Assembly (NCBI GenBank): GCA_963750045.1
Contig: CAVVPD010000009.1
Location: 172,401 to 236,400, forward strand
Source: an uncultured Actinomycetes bacterium
GTDB lineage: Bacteria > Actinomycetota > Acidimicrobiia > IMCC26256 > DASPTH01
Direction: 5' to 3'
Length of the DNA: 64,000 bases
Part shown: piece by piece, positions 9,539 to 20,556 of the stretch
Layout of the letters: every line of letters starts with the position of its first letter
Position numbering within the stretch: the stretch's first letter is position 1
Notes under the pieces: model-generated
What the model was told of the DNA's origin: nothing
The model's database searches: none
Seen by the model: only the letters and a program-made list of their open reading frames with translations
Program-made: the position numbers and the translations under genes

Positions 9539-10258
9539 GTGCTCCTCGCGTTGTGGTCCCCGAAGGGTGGTTCAGGCACGTCGGTGTTCACCGCGGCGTG
9601 TGCGATCGTGCTCGCCCGCCACGGCGGTTCGGCGGGCGCGGTCAGGGTCGCCGATCTCGACGGCGACCAACCGGCGATCTTCGGGCTGGCGGCCGATCCC
9701 GAGCTGGGGCTCTTCGACTGGTTGCGAGCCGGTCCCGAGGCCCCGCTCGAGGCGCTCGACCGGCTCCTCGTCGAGGTGGCGCCCGGCATCGGCCTGCTCC
9801 CACGGGGCGGCGGCGCTCGCGCGCTCGCGCCGGTGGCGGCGGCCGAGGCGGGAGCCGCCCTCGCGGTGGGGCTGGACGACGGCCCGGTCCCGACCCTCGT
9901 CGACTGCGGGACCGCATCCGAACCGGCAACCCGGGCCGTGGTCGAGGTCGCCGACGAGTCGGTCGTCGTCCTCCGAGGGTGTTACCTCGCGCTTCGCCGG
10001 ACCGTGCACGCGCCGGCGTTGGCCTGCACCGCTGGTGCGGTGCTGGTGGAGGAGCAGGGACGCTCGTTGTCGGCGCGCGACGTGTCCGACGTGCTCGGCG
10101 TGCCGGTGGTGGCGCGGGTCCCGGTCAAGCCCGCGGTGGCCCGTGCGATCGATGCCGGTGTGCTCGCGGCCCGGCTCCCCGATCTGCTCGCCCGCCCGGC
10201 CGGGGACCTCCTGCGGCGCGCGGGCGCGCTGCCCGGCCGGCGGGGCGCGGCGGCGTGA
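9539..10258 (+). CDS. Ssd/CpaE-like MinD-family ATPase of the Tad locus
   Basis: Deviant P-loop WSPKGGSGTS, VADLDG, LVDCG; SD GGGAGGAAGG; first gene of the tad cluster. Confidence 0.8.
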   Translation: MLLALWSPKGGSGTSVFTAACAIVLARHGGSAGAVRVADLDGDQPAIFGLAADPELGLFDWLRAGPEAPLEALDRLLVEVAPGIGLLPRGGGARALAPVAAAEAGAALAVGLDDGPVPTLVDCGTASEPATRAVVEVADESVVVLRGCYLALRRTVHAPALACTAGAVLVEEQGRSLSARDVSDVLGVPVVARVPVKPAVARAIDAGVLAARLPDLLARPAGDLLRRAGALPGRRGAAA

Positions 10259-10279
10259 CCCTCGCGGCACGCGCCCGGT

Positions 10280-11476
10280 GTGCCGTCGGCAGGAGCAGAT
10301 GCGGCGCTCAAGCAACGCGTGCACCGCCGCCTCCTCGCGGCGGGAGGCGACGAGCACCCGGTCGTGGGTGATCGTGCGGTGCGAGTGCGCCTCGGCGACC
10401 TCCTGCGCGAGGAACAGCCGCTGCTCGGGGCCGCGCGCTTCGAGCAACTCCTGGAGGAGCTCATCCGCGAGGTCGTCGGTCTCGGCGCGTTGGAGCCGCT
10501 GCTCGCGGATCCGACGATCACGGAGGTGATGATCAACGGGCCCGGACGCGCCTACGTCGAACGGCGCGGCCGGCTCGAGCCCGTGGCGCTCGAGCTCGAC
10601 GCGGCGGCGATCGTGCATCTCGTCGAGCGCGTCGTCGCCCCGCTCGGGTTGCGTCTCGACCGAGCGTCACCCATGGTGGACGCGCGGCTCGCCGACGGGT
10701 CGCGGCTGCACGCGGTGATCCCGCCCCTCGCCGTCGACGGTCCGTGCGTCACGATCCGCCGGTTCGGCGCACGGCCCGTCGAGCTCGTCGAGTTCGGCCT
10801 CGGGAGCGCCGCGGCGGCGTTCCTCGCGTGGGCGGTGGGCGCGGGCTGGAACGTGCTCGTGGCGGGTGGGACGAGCGCTGGGAAGACGACGTTGCTCAAC
10901 GCGCTCTCGCAGTCGATCCCGCACGGGGAGCGGATCGTCACGATCGAGGAGACGGCGGAGCTGCGGCTGGCGCAGCCGCACGTCGTCCGGCTCGAGGCGC
11001 GCCCTCACAACGCCGAAGGGGTGGGTGGCGTCACGGTGCGTGAGCTGGTGCGTGCCGCATTGCGGATGCGGCCGGACCGGCTCGTCGTCGGGGAGGTACG
11101 GAGCGCCGAGGCGCTCGACATGCTCCAGGCCCTCAACACCGGCCACGACGGCTCGATGTCCACGATCCACGCCAACGGCACGTCCGACGCGCTGGCCCGA
11201 CTCGAGACGCTGGTGCTGCTCGCCGACTCCGGCCTGCCGCTCGCGGCGGTGCGGGCCCAGGTCACCGCGAGCGTCGACGCAGTCGTGTTCGTCGCGCGCC
11301 GTGCCGGTGGTGCGCGACGCGTCGAGCGCATCGCGGAGGTCGACGGGCGTGGTGCCAGCGGTGTGCGGGCACTCTTCGAACGGGGAGCCGACGAGCTGGC
11401 GCCCGTCGATCGCCCGCGGCGGCCGGCCCGTCGACCTGACGCACCGGCACCCAACGGGGCGTGGTTCCGGTGCTGA
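10280..11476 (+). CDS. tadA: CpaF/TadA pilus assembly ATPase
   Basis: [20 protein letters not shown], Walker [45 protein letters not shown]. Confidence 0.93.
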   Translation: MPSAGADAALKQRVHRRLLAAGGDEHPVVGDRAVRVRLGDLLREEQPLLGAARFEQLLEELIREVVGLGALEPLLADPTITEVMINGPGRAYVERRGRLEPVALELDAAAIVHLVERVVAPLGLRLDRASPMVDARLADGSRLHAVIPPLAVDGPCVTIRRFGARPVELVEFGLGSAAAAFLAWAVGAGWNVLVAGGTSAGKTTLLNALSQSIPHGERIVTIEETAELRLAQPHVVRLEARPHNAEGVGGVTVRELVRAALRMRPDRLVVGEVRSAEALDMLQALNTGHDGSMSTIHANGTSDALARLETLVLLADSGLPLAAVRAQVTASVDAVVFVARRAGGARRVERIAEVDGRGASGVRALFERGADELAPVDRPRRPARRPDAPAPNGAWFRC

Positions 11477-12333
11477 CGCTGCTGCTCGCGGTCGTGGGGC
11501 CACTGGCGTGCGCGGGATTGGTGACCGCGGGCCGCCGGGCCGCGGCTGCGGACCGGGTCCGCGCCCTCGGCCCGCAGCGGCGGTGGCAGGTTCCCCGACG
11601 CTGGCGCGGGCTGCTCGAGCGGGCGCTCCTCGATGCCGAGCTCGCGCTCGATCCCGAATCGGCGGTCGAGTGCTGGGCGATCGTGACGGTCGGCGTCACC
11701 GCGCTCTTCGCCGCGTTCGCTCCCGTGCTCGCGGTTCCCGCAGCCGCGGGGGCGTTCGTCGCCGGCCCGATCGGGCTCCGGGTGGCACGGTCCCGCCGCG
11801 AACGCCGGTTCGCGGCGGGCCTCCCGGGAGCGTTGGAACAGGTCGCGGCCGAGTTGCGCGGCGGCGGGACCGTCGCCACTGCGGTGGAACGGCTGGCCGC
11901 CGCGGGCGGGTCGGTCGCGCTCGACTTCCGCCGGGTCCACGCGCGTGCGCAACTCGGTCTGTCGCTCGGGGATGCGCTCGCGGGTTGGCCGCCGGAGCAC
12001 GACGTCCCCGGCGTACGGGCCGCGGCAGGGGCCTTGTCGGTGGCGGCGACGCTGGGCGGTCGAGCGGCCGAGGCGATCGACGGGCTCGCGGCATCGCTCC
12101 GCCACCGGCTCGAGGCCGCGGCCGAGGCGCACGCGCTCTCCGCCCAGGCGCGCCTGTCGGCGGTCGTCGTGGGCGTCGCGCCCCTCGGGTACCTGGCGTT
12201 CTCCGCGCTGGTCGACCCTCGCTCGATGACCGTGCTCGTTGCGACGGGGGTGGGGCGGGTCTGCCTGGTCGTGGGCCTCGGCCTGGAGGCGCTCGCGGCG
12301 CTGTGGATCCGACGCATCGTGGGGTCGACGTGA
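11461..12333 (+). CDS. tadB: TadB-like T2SS-F membrane platform protein
   Basis: [30 protein letters not shown] segments; position after tadA. Confidence 0.85.
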   Translation: MVPVLTLLLAVVGPLACAGLVTAGRRAAAADRVRALGPQRRWQVPRRWRGLLERALLDAELALDPESAVECWAIVTVGVTALFAAFAPVLAVPAAAGAFVAGPIGLRVARSRRERRFAAGLPGALEQVAAELRGGGTVATAVERLAAAGGSVALDFRRVHARAQLGLSLGDALAGWPPEHDVPGVRAAAGALSVAATLGGRAAEAIDGLAASLRHRLEAAAEAHALSAQARLSAVVVGVAPLGYLAFSALVDPRSMTVLVATGVGRVCLVVGLGLEALAALWIRRIVGST

Positions 12334-13038
12334 TGGCGGCGCCGCCGTCGCTCCCGCTGGTGCTCGGTGTCGCGTGGGGCACCGTCCTGGCGGCGCCGGT
12401 CGTCGGATACGCGCGGCGTGTGGCACCGATCGCGCGCGGGCGAGCTCGCCTCGCGTCCACCGGTGGCGACCGCGACGACGGCGCGCGCGTGGCGACGGCT
12501 GCGGACGCGGGCCGCAACCGCGAGTCGGCCGATTCGCACCAGCGTCGTCGCGCGGGTGCTCAGGTCCGTGACCGCTCGCCGGCGGGCGCGCACGCTCGAC
12601 GCGGCGCGGGCGGGCGAGCTCCCGGTCGTCCTCGATCTGCTCGGCGTCGCCGTGGGCGCGGGTTGCACCCCGTACCTCGCCGTCGAGGTCGCGGCCGAGT
12701 GGTCACCGCCGGTCGTCTCGGCTTCGTTGGTCGCGGCGTTGCGGGCCTGCGCCCTGGGCGCGAGCTTCGAAGCCGCGCTCGACACGGCCGCGTGCGCCAC
12801 CCCGGCGCTCCGCCCGCTCGTCGACGCGCTCCTCTCGTCGGACCGCCTCGGCGCGCCGGCCGGGCCCGTTCTGGCCCGGCTCGCGGCGGAGGAGCGCACG
12901 GCGTTGCGCCAGCGGGCCGAGGCCCATGCGCGCCGCGTGCCGGTGCGCTTGTTGTTCCCGCTCGTCTTCCTGGTGCTCCCTGCGTTCGTGCTGCTCACGG
13001 TGGTGCCGGGGCTCGCCGCCGGCCTCGGCCACCTGTGA
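12333..13038 (+). CDS. tadC: TadC-like T2SS-F protein; probable frameshift at about 12435
   Basis: [15 protein letters not shown]...[24 protein letters not shown]. The N-terminal TM ([16 protein letters not shown]) is in another frame. Confidence 0.82.
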
Positions 13039-13118
13039 CCCGTGACTGTGACCTGTGACCTGTCGGTCCTTACTTCCCCACCCCTTTCCCCGATCCGGAG
13101 CTACAAGGAGGTTGTGCG

Positions 13119-13313
13119 ATGTTCCGTCAGTTCGTCACGCGTGCGGGCGTCCGGGAATTCCTGGTCGGCGAGTCGGGTCAGTCGACCGCCGAGTACGCCC
13201 TGGTGATCCTGGGCGCGGTCGCGATCGCGACGTTGCTGATCACGTGGGCCACCAACAGCCACGCGATCTCGGGGCTGTTCGATTCCGTGATCAGCAAGGT
13301 GCTCCCGTCGTGA
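13119..13313 (+). CDS. Flp-type pilin (DUF4244-like)
   Basis: Prepilin motif ESG/QSTAEYALV followed by a hydrophobic helix; strong SD AAGGAGG. Confidence 0.88.
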   Translation: MFRQFVTRAGVREFLVGESGQSTAEYALVILGAVAIATLLITWATNSHAISGLFDSVISKVLPS

Positions 13314-13726
13314 CGGGGCGTCGGAGGTTCCCCCGCGCTCGGCGCGGGGGAACCCGGCGCCGGCCGCCGGGCGGGCGGGAACGGGGTCAGGCCACCGTCG
13401 AGTTCGCGTTCCTGCTGCCGCTCGTCGTGCTCGCGGTGCTGGCGATCATCCAGGTGGGTCTCGTGGTTCGCGACCAACTCGGCGTGGTCCACGCCGCCCG
13501 TGAGGCGGCGCGCGCGGCCAGCGTCGATCCCGATCCGGGCCGCGCGGTCCGGGCTGCCCACCGCACGTTGCCGGGCGCCGATGTGCAGGTCGGGGAGCGG
13601 CCCGAGGTCGGAGGCGAGATCAGCGTGACCGTGCACTACACGTCGGTGACCGATCTCCCGGTGGTGGGTGTGTTGTTCCCGGATCCGGACCTCCACGCGA
13701 CGACGGTCATGCGGGTGGAGAAGTGA
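13310..13726 (+). CDS. TadE-like pseudopilin
   Basis: ERG/QATVEFAFLLPLVV...AAREAARAAS. Confidence 0.87.
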   Translation: MTGRRRFPRARRGGTRRRPPGGRERGQATVEFAFLLPLVVLAVLAIIQVGLVVRDQLGVVHAAREAARAASVDPDPGRAVRAAHRTLPGADVQVGERPEVGGEISVTVHYTSVTDLPVVGVLFPDPDLHATTVMRVEK

Positions 13727-14118
13727 TGCGGCGAATGTGCGGACGGGACGAACGCGGCGGCGTGTCGATCGTGATGCTCGCGGTGCTCGTCGTCGGCCTG
13801 GTGCTGGCGATGGGTGCGGCCCGGCTCGGCGGCGCGCTCATCGGTCGGGCCCGCGCCGAGGCGGCGGCCGACGCGGTCGCGTTGGCGGCGGCGGACCGGC
13901 TCGCCCTCGGCGACGGGACCGGGGCCGCGCATCAAGCCGCATACCAGACCGCGGCCACGAACGAGGCCCGCCTCGTGTCGTGCGACTGCTCGGGCACGAC
14001 GGCCGAGGTCGTCGTCGAGGTCGACGTGCCCGCGTGGGGTGCGCTGTTCGGGCCGGCGCGCGGTCGGGCGAAAGCCGAGGTACGACCGGAATGCGTCGTC
14101 GAGATCCCGGACTGTTGA
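13723..14118 (+). CDS. TadE/TadG-like pseudopilin (Rv3654c-like)
   Basis: DERG/GVSIVML, ARAEAAADAVALAAA, NEARLVSC. Confidence 0.82.
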   Translation: MMRRMCGRDERGGVSIVMLAVLVVGLVLAMGAARLGGALIGRARAEAAADAVALAAADRLALGDGTGAAHQAAYQTAATNEARLVSCDCSGTTAEVVVEVDVPAWGALFGPARGRAKAEVRPECVVEIPDC

Positions 14119-14146
14119 GTCGGCCGTGGGTGCTGTCCCGGGGGCG

Positions 14147-14560
14147 CTATCCCGTGACCGTCACCGAGAACTTCGCCGTCTTGGCCGGGGGCACGCCTTG
14201 CTCGAACGAACGTGCGTACGAGAGCTCGAGCGTCGACGCGCCGGTGTCGGTGGCGCGGAACGTGAGCTCCTGCGTGCCCGGCGCGCCCGGCTGGTTTCCA
14301 CCGGCAACCTGCCGGCTCGACACGAACGCGACTTCGGGGTCCTTGCCTGCGGTCCACGAGTAGCCGGTGCTCGGGTTCGCGGGCAGGGCGATCACGAACT
14401 CGTCGCCCTTGGCGACCGTGATCGTGTCGCCCTGGTGGTAGACGGTCGGAGCGTGGGTCGCAGGAGCGTCGTCACCCCAGGGGACGAGCGCCACGGTCAC
14501 GAGCAGGCCGACGCCGATCGCGACGAGCACGACCAACCCGATCCATCTCTTGCGAGTCAT
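14147..14560 (-). CDS. Membrane-anchored chagasin-family (I42) cysteine protease inhibitor
   Basis: N-terminal TM followed by LPANPSTGYSW, PGAPG and LSYARSFE loop motifs. Confidence 0.85.
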   Translation of the reverse strand: MTRKRWIGLVVLVAIGVGLLVTVALVPWGDDAPATHAPTVYHQGDTITVAKGDEFVIALPANPSTGYSWTAGKDPEVAFVSSRQVAGGNQPGAPGTQELTFRATDTGASTLELSYARSFEQGVPPAKTAKFSVTVTG

Positions 14561-14571
14561 CGCGGGGAAAT

Positions 14572-16904
14572 CTAGGGCCGCTCGCGCTGCGTCCCGTGGG
14601 ATGGCGCGCCGAGGGTCTCGAGCAGCGTGATCGCGGCGTGCTTGTCGAGGTATTCGTTCCAGTTCCCGCACTTCGGTGACTGCACGCACGAGGGGCACCC
14701 GTCGTCGCACGGGCAACCCGCCACCAGCTCGTGGGCGGCGGCGACGTGCCGGTGGAGCTCGGCGAACGCGAGCTCGGCGATCCCGGCGCCGCCGGGATAT
14801 CCGTCGTACACGAAGATCGTCGGTGCGCCGGTGTGGGGATGGGTCGCCATCGAGACGCCGCCGACGTCCCACCGGTCGCAGATCGCGAACAGCGGAAGGA
14901 GACCGATGAGCGCGTGCTCGGCCGCATGTACGGCGCCGACGGTGCGAGCAGGCTCGACCCCGGCGCAGACGAGCACGTCGAGGGGGAGCGTGTACCAGCA
15001 GGCCCGGGTCGTGAGCTCCCGGGGCGGGAAGTCGAGCGGGACCACCTCGAAGACCTCGTTGGTCGATGTCCGGCGCCGTTGGTACGCGATCAGGCGGTGC
15101 AACACCGACACCGCGCCCAGATGTGCCTCGCCCGCTCCGACCCGGACGCTGCGGTCGACGTCGAGGACGGTCAGGTCGGTCTCCTCGCGCGGCTGGGTGT
15201 GCTCGTCGGCGTCGTCCGCCGCCTCGAGGACGGCGACGTGGTGATCGACGTCGAGTGAGCTCACGCGGTACTGGCGGCCCTGGTGCAGGTAGATCGCACC
15301 GGGATGCGCGACGTGGAAGACACGCGCCGCGTCCACGGTGCCGACGAGGCGGCCGTCGGGCTCGACGAGCTGGTACTCGAGCGACGAGCCTGACCGCAGC
15401 CCGACCCGACCGGCCGGCGGCGCACGTCCGGCCCAGTACATCCGGTCGCCCCGTGGCTTGAGCAGATCGTCGAGCACCAGGTCGCGCACCGCGTCGTCGA
15501 GGGCGTCGCCGAAGAAGTGCTCGTCGCCGTGGCTCAACGGCATCTCGTGGGCGGCACAAGAGATCTGGGCGCGCGCGACGAACGGGTTGTCGGGGTTGAC
15601 CACCGCGGCCTCTGCCGGTCGGGTCAACAGCTCGTTCGGATGCGCGCGCGTACCACTGGTCGAGCTGGTCGTCGCCGGCGACGAGCACGGCCGCGGCGCG
15701 CCGGGTGGTGCGGCCGGCGCGACCGACCTGCTGGCGCATCGACGACAACGTGCCGGGGAAGCCGTTCAGGACGACTGCGTCGAGGGAACCGACGTCGATA
15801 CCGAGCTCGAGTGCGCTCGTCGCCACGACGCCGCCGAGGTCGCCATTCGTGAGTCGGGCCTCGAGCTCGCGGCGTTCGTCTGCGAGGTAGCCGGCGCGGT
15901 ACGCGGCGACCGCCGGTGGCGCCGACGCCGCGATCGGCGCTGGACTCGGCGAGCAGACCGCGTGCGTGTGCGGCGACGAGCTCGGAGCCCTTGCGGCTGC
16001 GCGTGAACGCGAGCGTCTGATGCCCGTCGTCGACGAACCGGGCCAGCAGCATCGCGGTCTCGAAGTTGGCCGACGCGCGGGTGCCCGAGTGCTCGTCGAG
16101 CAGTGGACGCTGCCAGACCGCGAACCCCCGTTCGGCTTGTGGCGATCCATCGCCGGAGATGGCGATGACCGGGAGGCCGCACAGGCGCGACGCCAGCTCT
16201 GCCGGGTTGCCGATCGTCGCGCTGGTGAAGCAAAAGGTGGGGTCCGACCCGTAGTACGCGCACAGGCGCCGCAGACGGCGCAGCACGTGTGCGACGTGGC
16301 TGCCGAAGACGCCGCGGAGCGTGTGCAGCTCGTCGACGACGACGTACCGCAGGCGCATGAGGAACGTCGCCCAGCGCGCATGCGCGGGAAGGATCCCCAT
16401 GTGCAGCATCTCGGGATTCGTGAGCACCACGTTCGCGTGGCCGCGCGCCCAGGTGCGCTCGTCGGTGCTCGTGTCACCGTCGTACGTGGCGGCGACCAGA
16501 TCGGGCACCAGCCATTCCCGCAGGGTCCGGAGCTGGTCCTGGGCCAGCGCCTTGGTCGGGAACACGAGGAGCGCGGTGTCGTGCGCGCCCTCGACGACCG
16601 ATTCGACGATCGGGACCTGGTAGCAGAGCGACTTGCCCGACGCGGTGCCAGTCGCGACGACCACGTTGCGTCCGGCGCGCAACTCGTCGACGGCGGCCGC
16701 CTGGTGTTCCCACAGGTCGTCGATGCCCCGGGCACGCAACCGCGCCGAGACCGTGGCGCCCAACGGGACCTCGGGTGCCGCGCGCCGACCGACGCGGGCG
16801 GGGAGTCGGGTGCTCGACACGACCCGGTCGAAGTGCTCGTGAGCGAGGTCGTCGAGCGTGGTGCAGGCGTCGACGCGCGTCGCCGAGAAGGGCGGCTCGG
16901 TCAC
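14572..16904 (-). CDS. SF2 DExH helicase with C-terminal DUF1998 (SftH/Rv3649/Hrq1-like); frameshifts at about 15920 and 15640
   Basis: TGTASGKS, PTKALAQDQ, VVDELH, SATIGNP, ATSALELGIDVG, QQVGRAGR, and CPCDDGCPSC. Confidence 0.9.
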
Positions 16905-16908
16905 GGCG

Positions 16909-17846
16909 CTAATGGCTCTGCAGCACCCCGTCGTCGGCGAAGTCGGCGAGCAGGGAATCGGCGTCTGCACTCTTGACGAGATTGCTCCCGCTGCCCGCGC
17001 CCACGGGCAACACCACGTTCTTGATGTTGGCCGGGTCGAAGGTGAGGGCGAGCTCACCCATGTGGAAGAGGTCGGAGATCCCGATGCCATCGAGCTTCAC
17101 GTGACGGCCGAGGGTTGCGATGAGGTGCACGGTCTCGCCCGCGCTCGGGTGCTTCTGTTGGATGGTCTGGAGTGCCGAGATGATCAGCAGTCCCTGGTTG
17201 CTGGTGCGGGTGAGGTCGCCGTTGTCGAAGGAGTGACGATCGCGCGAGAACTGCAGGGCCTGCTCGCCGTTGAGGTGTGCGGGTCCGGGGGCGAAGTGCG
17301 CGCCCGAGAAGTCGTCGTCCATCGCAGTGGGGATGTTGACGTCGACGCCACCGATCTCGTCGACCAGCTGTTGGAAGTGCGGGAAGTTGGCACGGATCAC
17401 GTAGGCGAGCGGGACGCCCACGACCGACGACACCGCGTCGGCTTCGGCCCGGAGGTCGTTCCCGTTCGGGTTGTTGACGATGTAGGAGTTGAGCTTGGAG
17501 CCGCCGGGCCCCTCGGTGTCGCGTGGGATGTCGATGAGGGTCGCGGACTTCAAGGCGGGGTTGACCCCGATCACGTGGATGGCGTCGGCGAGTCCGGGAT
17601 CGTCAGGGGAGAGTGCCGGGTCGTCTGAGCGCGCACCGGTGCCGAGCACGAGCGCGAAGAACGGCTGCTGCGGGTCCACCGGTGTCCTCGCGCGGTGCCG
17701 AACTTGGTGATCTGGAACCACACCGCGCCTTGGGCGGGTGTGGGGCTGCCGAGCAGCACCCACGCGCCGGCGAGCGTGCCCGCGGCCAACAGCCCACAGA
17801 GGACCGGCGCGAGCAGGAGCGTGATCACCGCTCGCCGCCGGGTCAT
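16909..17846 (-). CDS. LytR-CpsA-Psr (LCP) family cell-wall ligase; frameshift at about 17690
   Basis: N-terminal TM; IDIPRDT, KLNS, LVDEIGGV, LNGEQALQFSRDR, GDLTRTSNQ. Confidence 0.87.
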
Positions 17847-18544
17847 GTCGCTGCCCCGTTGGTCGTGGTGGTGGTCGTGTCGAGACCGGCGCCGGCCCGG
17901 GTGACGACCATGTTGTAGGCCGTCACCCTCCACCCGCCCGCGCCGTCGGGCGCGAGGACGAAGTCGGCCTTGCGCACGATGTGGAGCGGCGCGCCCTTGA
18001 CCGCGGTCTGGCCGTTCACGTCGATGAGCATCGTCGTGGCCACGAGGGTGAGGTTCCCGCCCTGGTCACCCAACCCGACCATCGCGATCGGCTGTCCGAC
18101 CACGTCGAGGTTGCCGGTGACCTTGGGGAGACCCTCGTCGAAGACCACGCCCCGATCGGTCGTGGTGGCCTGCGCCAGCGTGCCGGCGTCGAAGACGGTG
18201 GCGAGGTCGGCGGTGGTCGGCGCGGCCGACCGCAAGGGTTGGACGGTGGCGTCCTTCACGTACTCGCCGAGCAGGTCGAGGATCTGCTGCGACTGCTCGG
18301 AGGTGACCGTGACCGGGGGCCCGGCGCTGTCGGCCGTCACGTCGCCGAGCGGGAGCGTGACCGAGGTCTTGTGCGCCCCCGTGGTGGGCGCGCTCGACGA
18401 CGATTTCGTGTCGTCGCCGCCGGCGACGACGAAGACGACGGCGACGGCGGCGGCGAGCACCACGATCCCGGCCACGATGCCGATGATGCGGGTGCGTGAG
18501 CGCGCCTGCTCGCGCCGCTCGACCCGTGAGGAGGCATCGTCCAT
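17843..18544 (-). CDS. Hypothetical membrane-anchored extracellular protein
   Basis: Single N-terminal TM, S/T-rich linker; ATGA overlap with the LCP gene. Confidence 0.78.
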   Translation of the reverse strand: MDDASSRVERREQARSRTRIIGIVAGIVVLAAAVAVVFVVAGGDDTKSSSSAPTTGAHKTSVTLPLGDVTADSAGPPVTVTSEQSQQILDLLGEYVKDATVQPLRSAAPTTADLATVFDAGTLAQATTTDRGVVFDEGLPKVTGNLDVVGQPIAMVGLGDQGGNLTLVATTMLIDVNGQTAVKGAPLHIVRKADFVLAPDGAGGWRVTAYNMVVTRAGAGLDTTTTTTNGAAT

Positions 18545-18627
18545 GGCAAGCGTCAGGTTAGGAGCGCAGCGGAGCCGGCTGGTGGCACGCGGGTGCCCGC
18601 GGGCCGACCGACTCGTATCATGGGGCC

Positions 18628-18981
18628 ATGGCCTTCAAGAAGATGGTCGAGCGTCTCACCAAGCCGGTCGAGGAGCTCGACCGGGAGCAGCTCACCGCCT
18701 TCTGCGATGCCCGTTCGCTCGCGGCGATGGACACGATCGAGGCCCGTCGGCCGGTCCGGGTGGGCGGCGAGGTCCGGTCGGTGCGGATCGTGCCGCGGGC
18801 CGGAGCACCGGCACTCGAGGTGACGGTGAGCGACGGCCGCGGCTCGGTGGTCGGCGTGTTCCTCGGTCGCCGCAAGATCGCAGGGTTGTCGCCGGGCCGC
18901 CGGGTGGCCTTCGAGGGCGTCACCGCGCTCGACGGCAAGCGCTACCTGGTCTTCAACCCCGTCTACGAGTTGTTGGCCTGA
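18628..18981 (+). CDS. OB-fold nucleic-acid-binding domain protein (Rv2694c-like)
   Basis: LEVTVSDGRGSVVGVFLGRRKIAGLSPG...FNPVYEL; TATCAT 6 nt before the ATG. Confidence 0.88.
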   Translation: MAFKKMVERLTKPVEELDREQLTAFCDARSLAAMDTIEARRPVRVGGEVRSVRIVPRAGAPALEVTVSDGRGSVVGVFLGRRKIAGLSPGRRVAFEGVTALDGKRYLVFNPVYELLA

Positions 18982-19027
18982 GGAGACGAAACAGGGCGGC
19001 TCGGTTGGCGCGAGCGGTACGGCCGGC

Positions 19028-19696
19028 TCAGTTCCCTGCGCCGGTGAGGATCCGGCGGACCTCGTCCTCCGACTCCGGCGTCACCATGGCGAGGACCTCG
19101 TCGCCCGCTTCGAAGACCGAGTCACCCCGTGGCATCACCACGTGCTCGTCTCGCACGATCGCGACCACGGTGGCGTTGCGGGGGACGTCGACGTCCTTCA
19201 GCGAGCGGTCGATCACCGGCGAGTCGTCGGCCAGCGTGACTTCGACGAGACGGGCCTGACCACCCTCGAACTGGAGGATCCGGACGAGTCGACCGACGGT
19301 CACCGCCTCTTCCACCAGTGCGGTGATGAGGTGGGGGGTGGAGACCGACAGGTCGACGCCCCAGTTCTCGTTGAACAGCCACTCGTTCTTCGGGTGGTTC
19401 ACCCGGGCGATCACCCGGGGCACCGCGAACTCCTGCTTGGCGAGCAGTGACACCACGAGGTTGTCCTCGTCGTCGCCGGTCGCCGCGACCACGACGTCGC
19501 ACGAATCGAGCCCGGCGTCGCGCAAGGAGTTGACCTCGCAGCAATCGGCGACGTGCCACTCGATGCCGTCTGCTCCCTGGGCGCGCTTCACGACCGCGGG
19601 GTTCTGCTCGATGATCAGCACGTCGTGACCGGCGCCCCGGAGGTCGTTCGCGATGAAGAGGCCGACGTTGCCGGCTCCTGCGATGGCAACGCGCAT
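19028..19696 (-). CDS. trkA: TrkA-family RCK potassium-uptake regulatory subunit (CeoC-like)
   Basis: IAGAGNVG, ATGDDEDNLVVSLLAKQEFAVPRVIARVN, TrkA-C domain. Confidence 0.92.
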   Translation of the reverse strand: MRVAIAGAGNVGLFIANDLRGAGHDVLIIEQNPAVVKRAQGADGIEWHVADCCEVNSLRDAGLDSCDVVVAATGDDEDNLVVSLLAKQEFAVPRVIARVNHPKNEWLFNENWGVDLSVSTPHLITALVEEAVTVGRLVRILQFEGGQARLVEVTLADDSPVIDRSLKDVDVPRNATVVAIVRDEHVVMPRGDSVFEAGDEVLAMVTPESEDEVRRILTGAGN

Positions 19697-20365
19697 CAGT
19701 GGGCTTCCTCTCCGTGCTCGAGCCGATCACGAAGGGTGTCGAGCGCGGAGACGTCTGCTGCGAAGTGGAGGATGTCGCCGTCTTGGCCGATCGCGCTCGG
19801 GGTGCTCACCTGCCGCGGCCCCGAGGCGGGTGATGGCGACGAGCCAGAACATGCCCGGTTCGCTCAGGGATGCCAGCTTCTTGCCCGCCCAGCTCGCCGG
19901 GATCGGGTAGTCGATCAGGCACACCTTGCCGCTCGGGTCGAGCCATTCGTGAGGTTGCTCGTCGGGCGGGAGCAGGCGCCGGATCACCTGGTCGGTGGTC
20001 CACAGGACCGTCGCGACGGTGGGGATCCCCAGACGCTGGTAGATCAACGCCCGTCGGGGGTCGTAGATCCGGGCGACGACCCGGTCGATGGCGAAGTTCT
20101 CGCGCGCGATCCGGGCGGTGAGGATGTTGGAATTGTCGCCGCTGGTCACGGCGGCGACGGCACCGGCCCGCTCGATGCCCGCCTCGACCAGATGGTCGCG
20201 GTCGAAACCGAATCCCACGATCTTCTGCCCGGCGAACGTCTCGGGGAGGCGCTTGCGGAAGGCATCGGCGTTCTTGTCGATGACCGCGACGGAGTGTCCG
20301 GAACGCTCGAGGCTGAGGGCGAGCTCACTTCCTACCCGGCCACAACCCACTACGACGACGTGCAC
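19696..20365 (-). CDS. trkA: TrkA-family RCK subunit (CeoB-like); frameshift at about 19813
   Basis: VHVVVVGCGRVGSELA, VTSGDNSNILTARIARE, VARIYDPRRA. Confidence 0.9.
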
Positions 20366-20556
20366 GGATGTCTCCCTCCGACGCCTGGCCCGAGCAGGGT
20401 ACCGGCCTCGGGGCGACGCTTCGAATCGTCGATCGGTCCCTGACACGCGAGCGCCGGGCGCGGGCGGATCGGTGAACCGGGCGCGGGGAATGGCAAGCTG
20501 TCGGCGGCCAGTCGTTCCAGGGAGCTCGGCCAAGGGATCCGGAGGGAACCGACGGA

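Noticed and set aside
14147-16735. 862-aa ORF suggesting a helicase-chagasin fusion
   Set aside because: It is a chimera of frames caused by indels and the scarcity of stops in high-GC DNA. The helicase ends at 14572 and the inhibitor has its own ATG at 14560.
20366-20556. c-di-AMP (ydaO) riboswitch upstream of the KimA-like gene
   Set aside because: The expected conserved segments (GCnGAAUC, GGGGAAC, CCCGAACCCGUCAGCUAAC) could not be found by eye. An Infernal search would be decisive.
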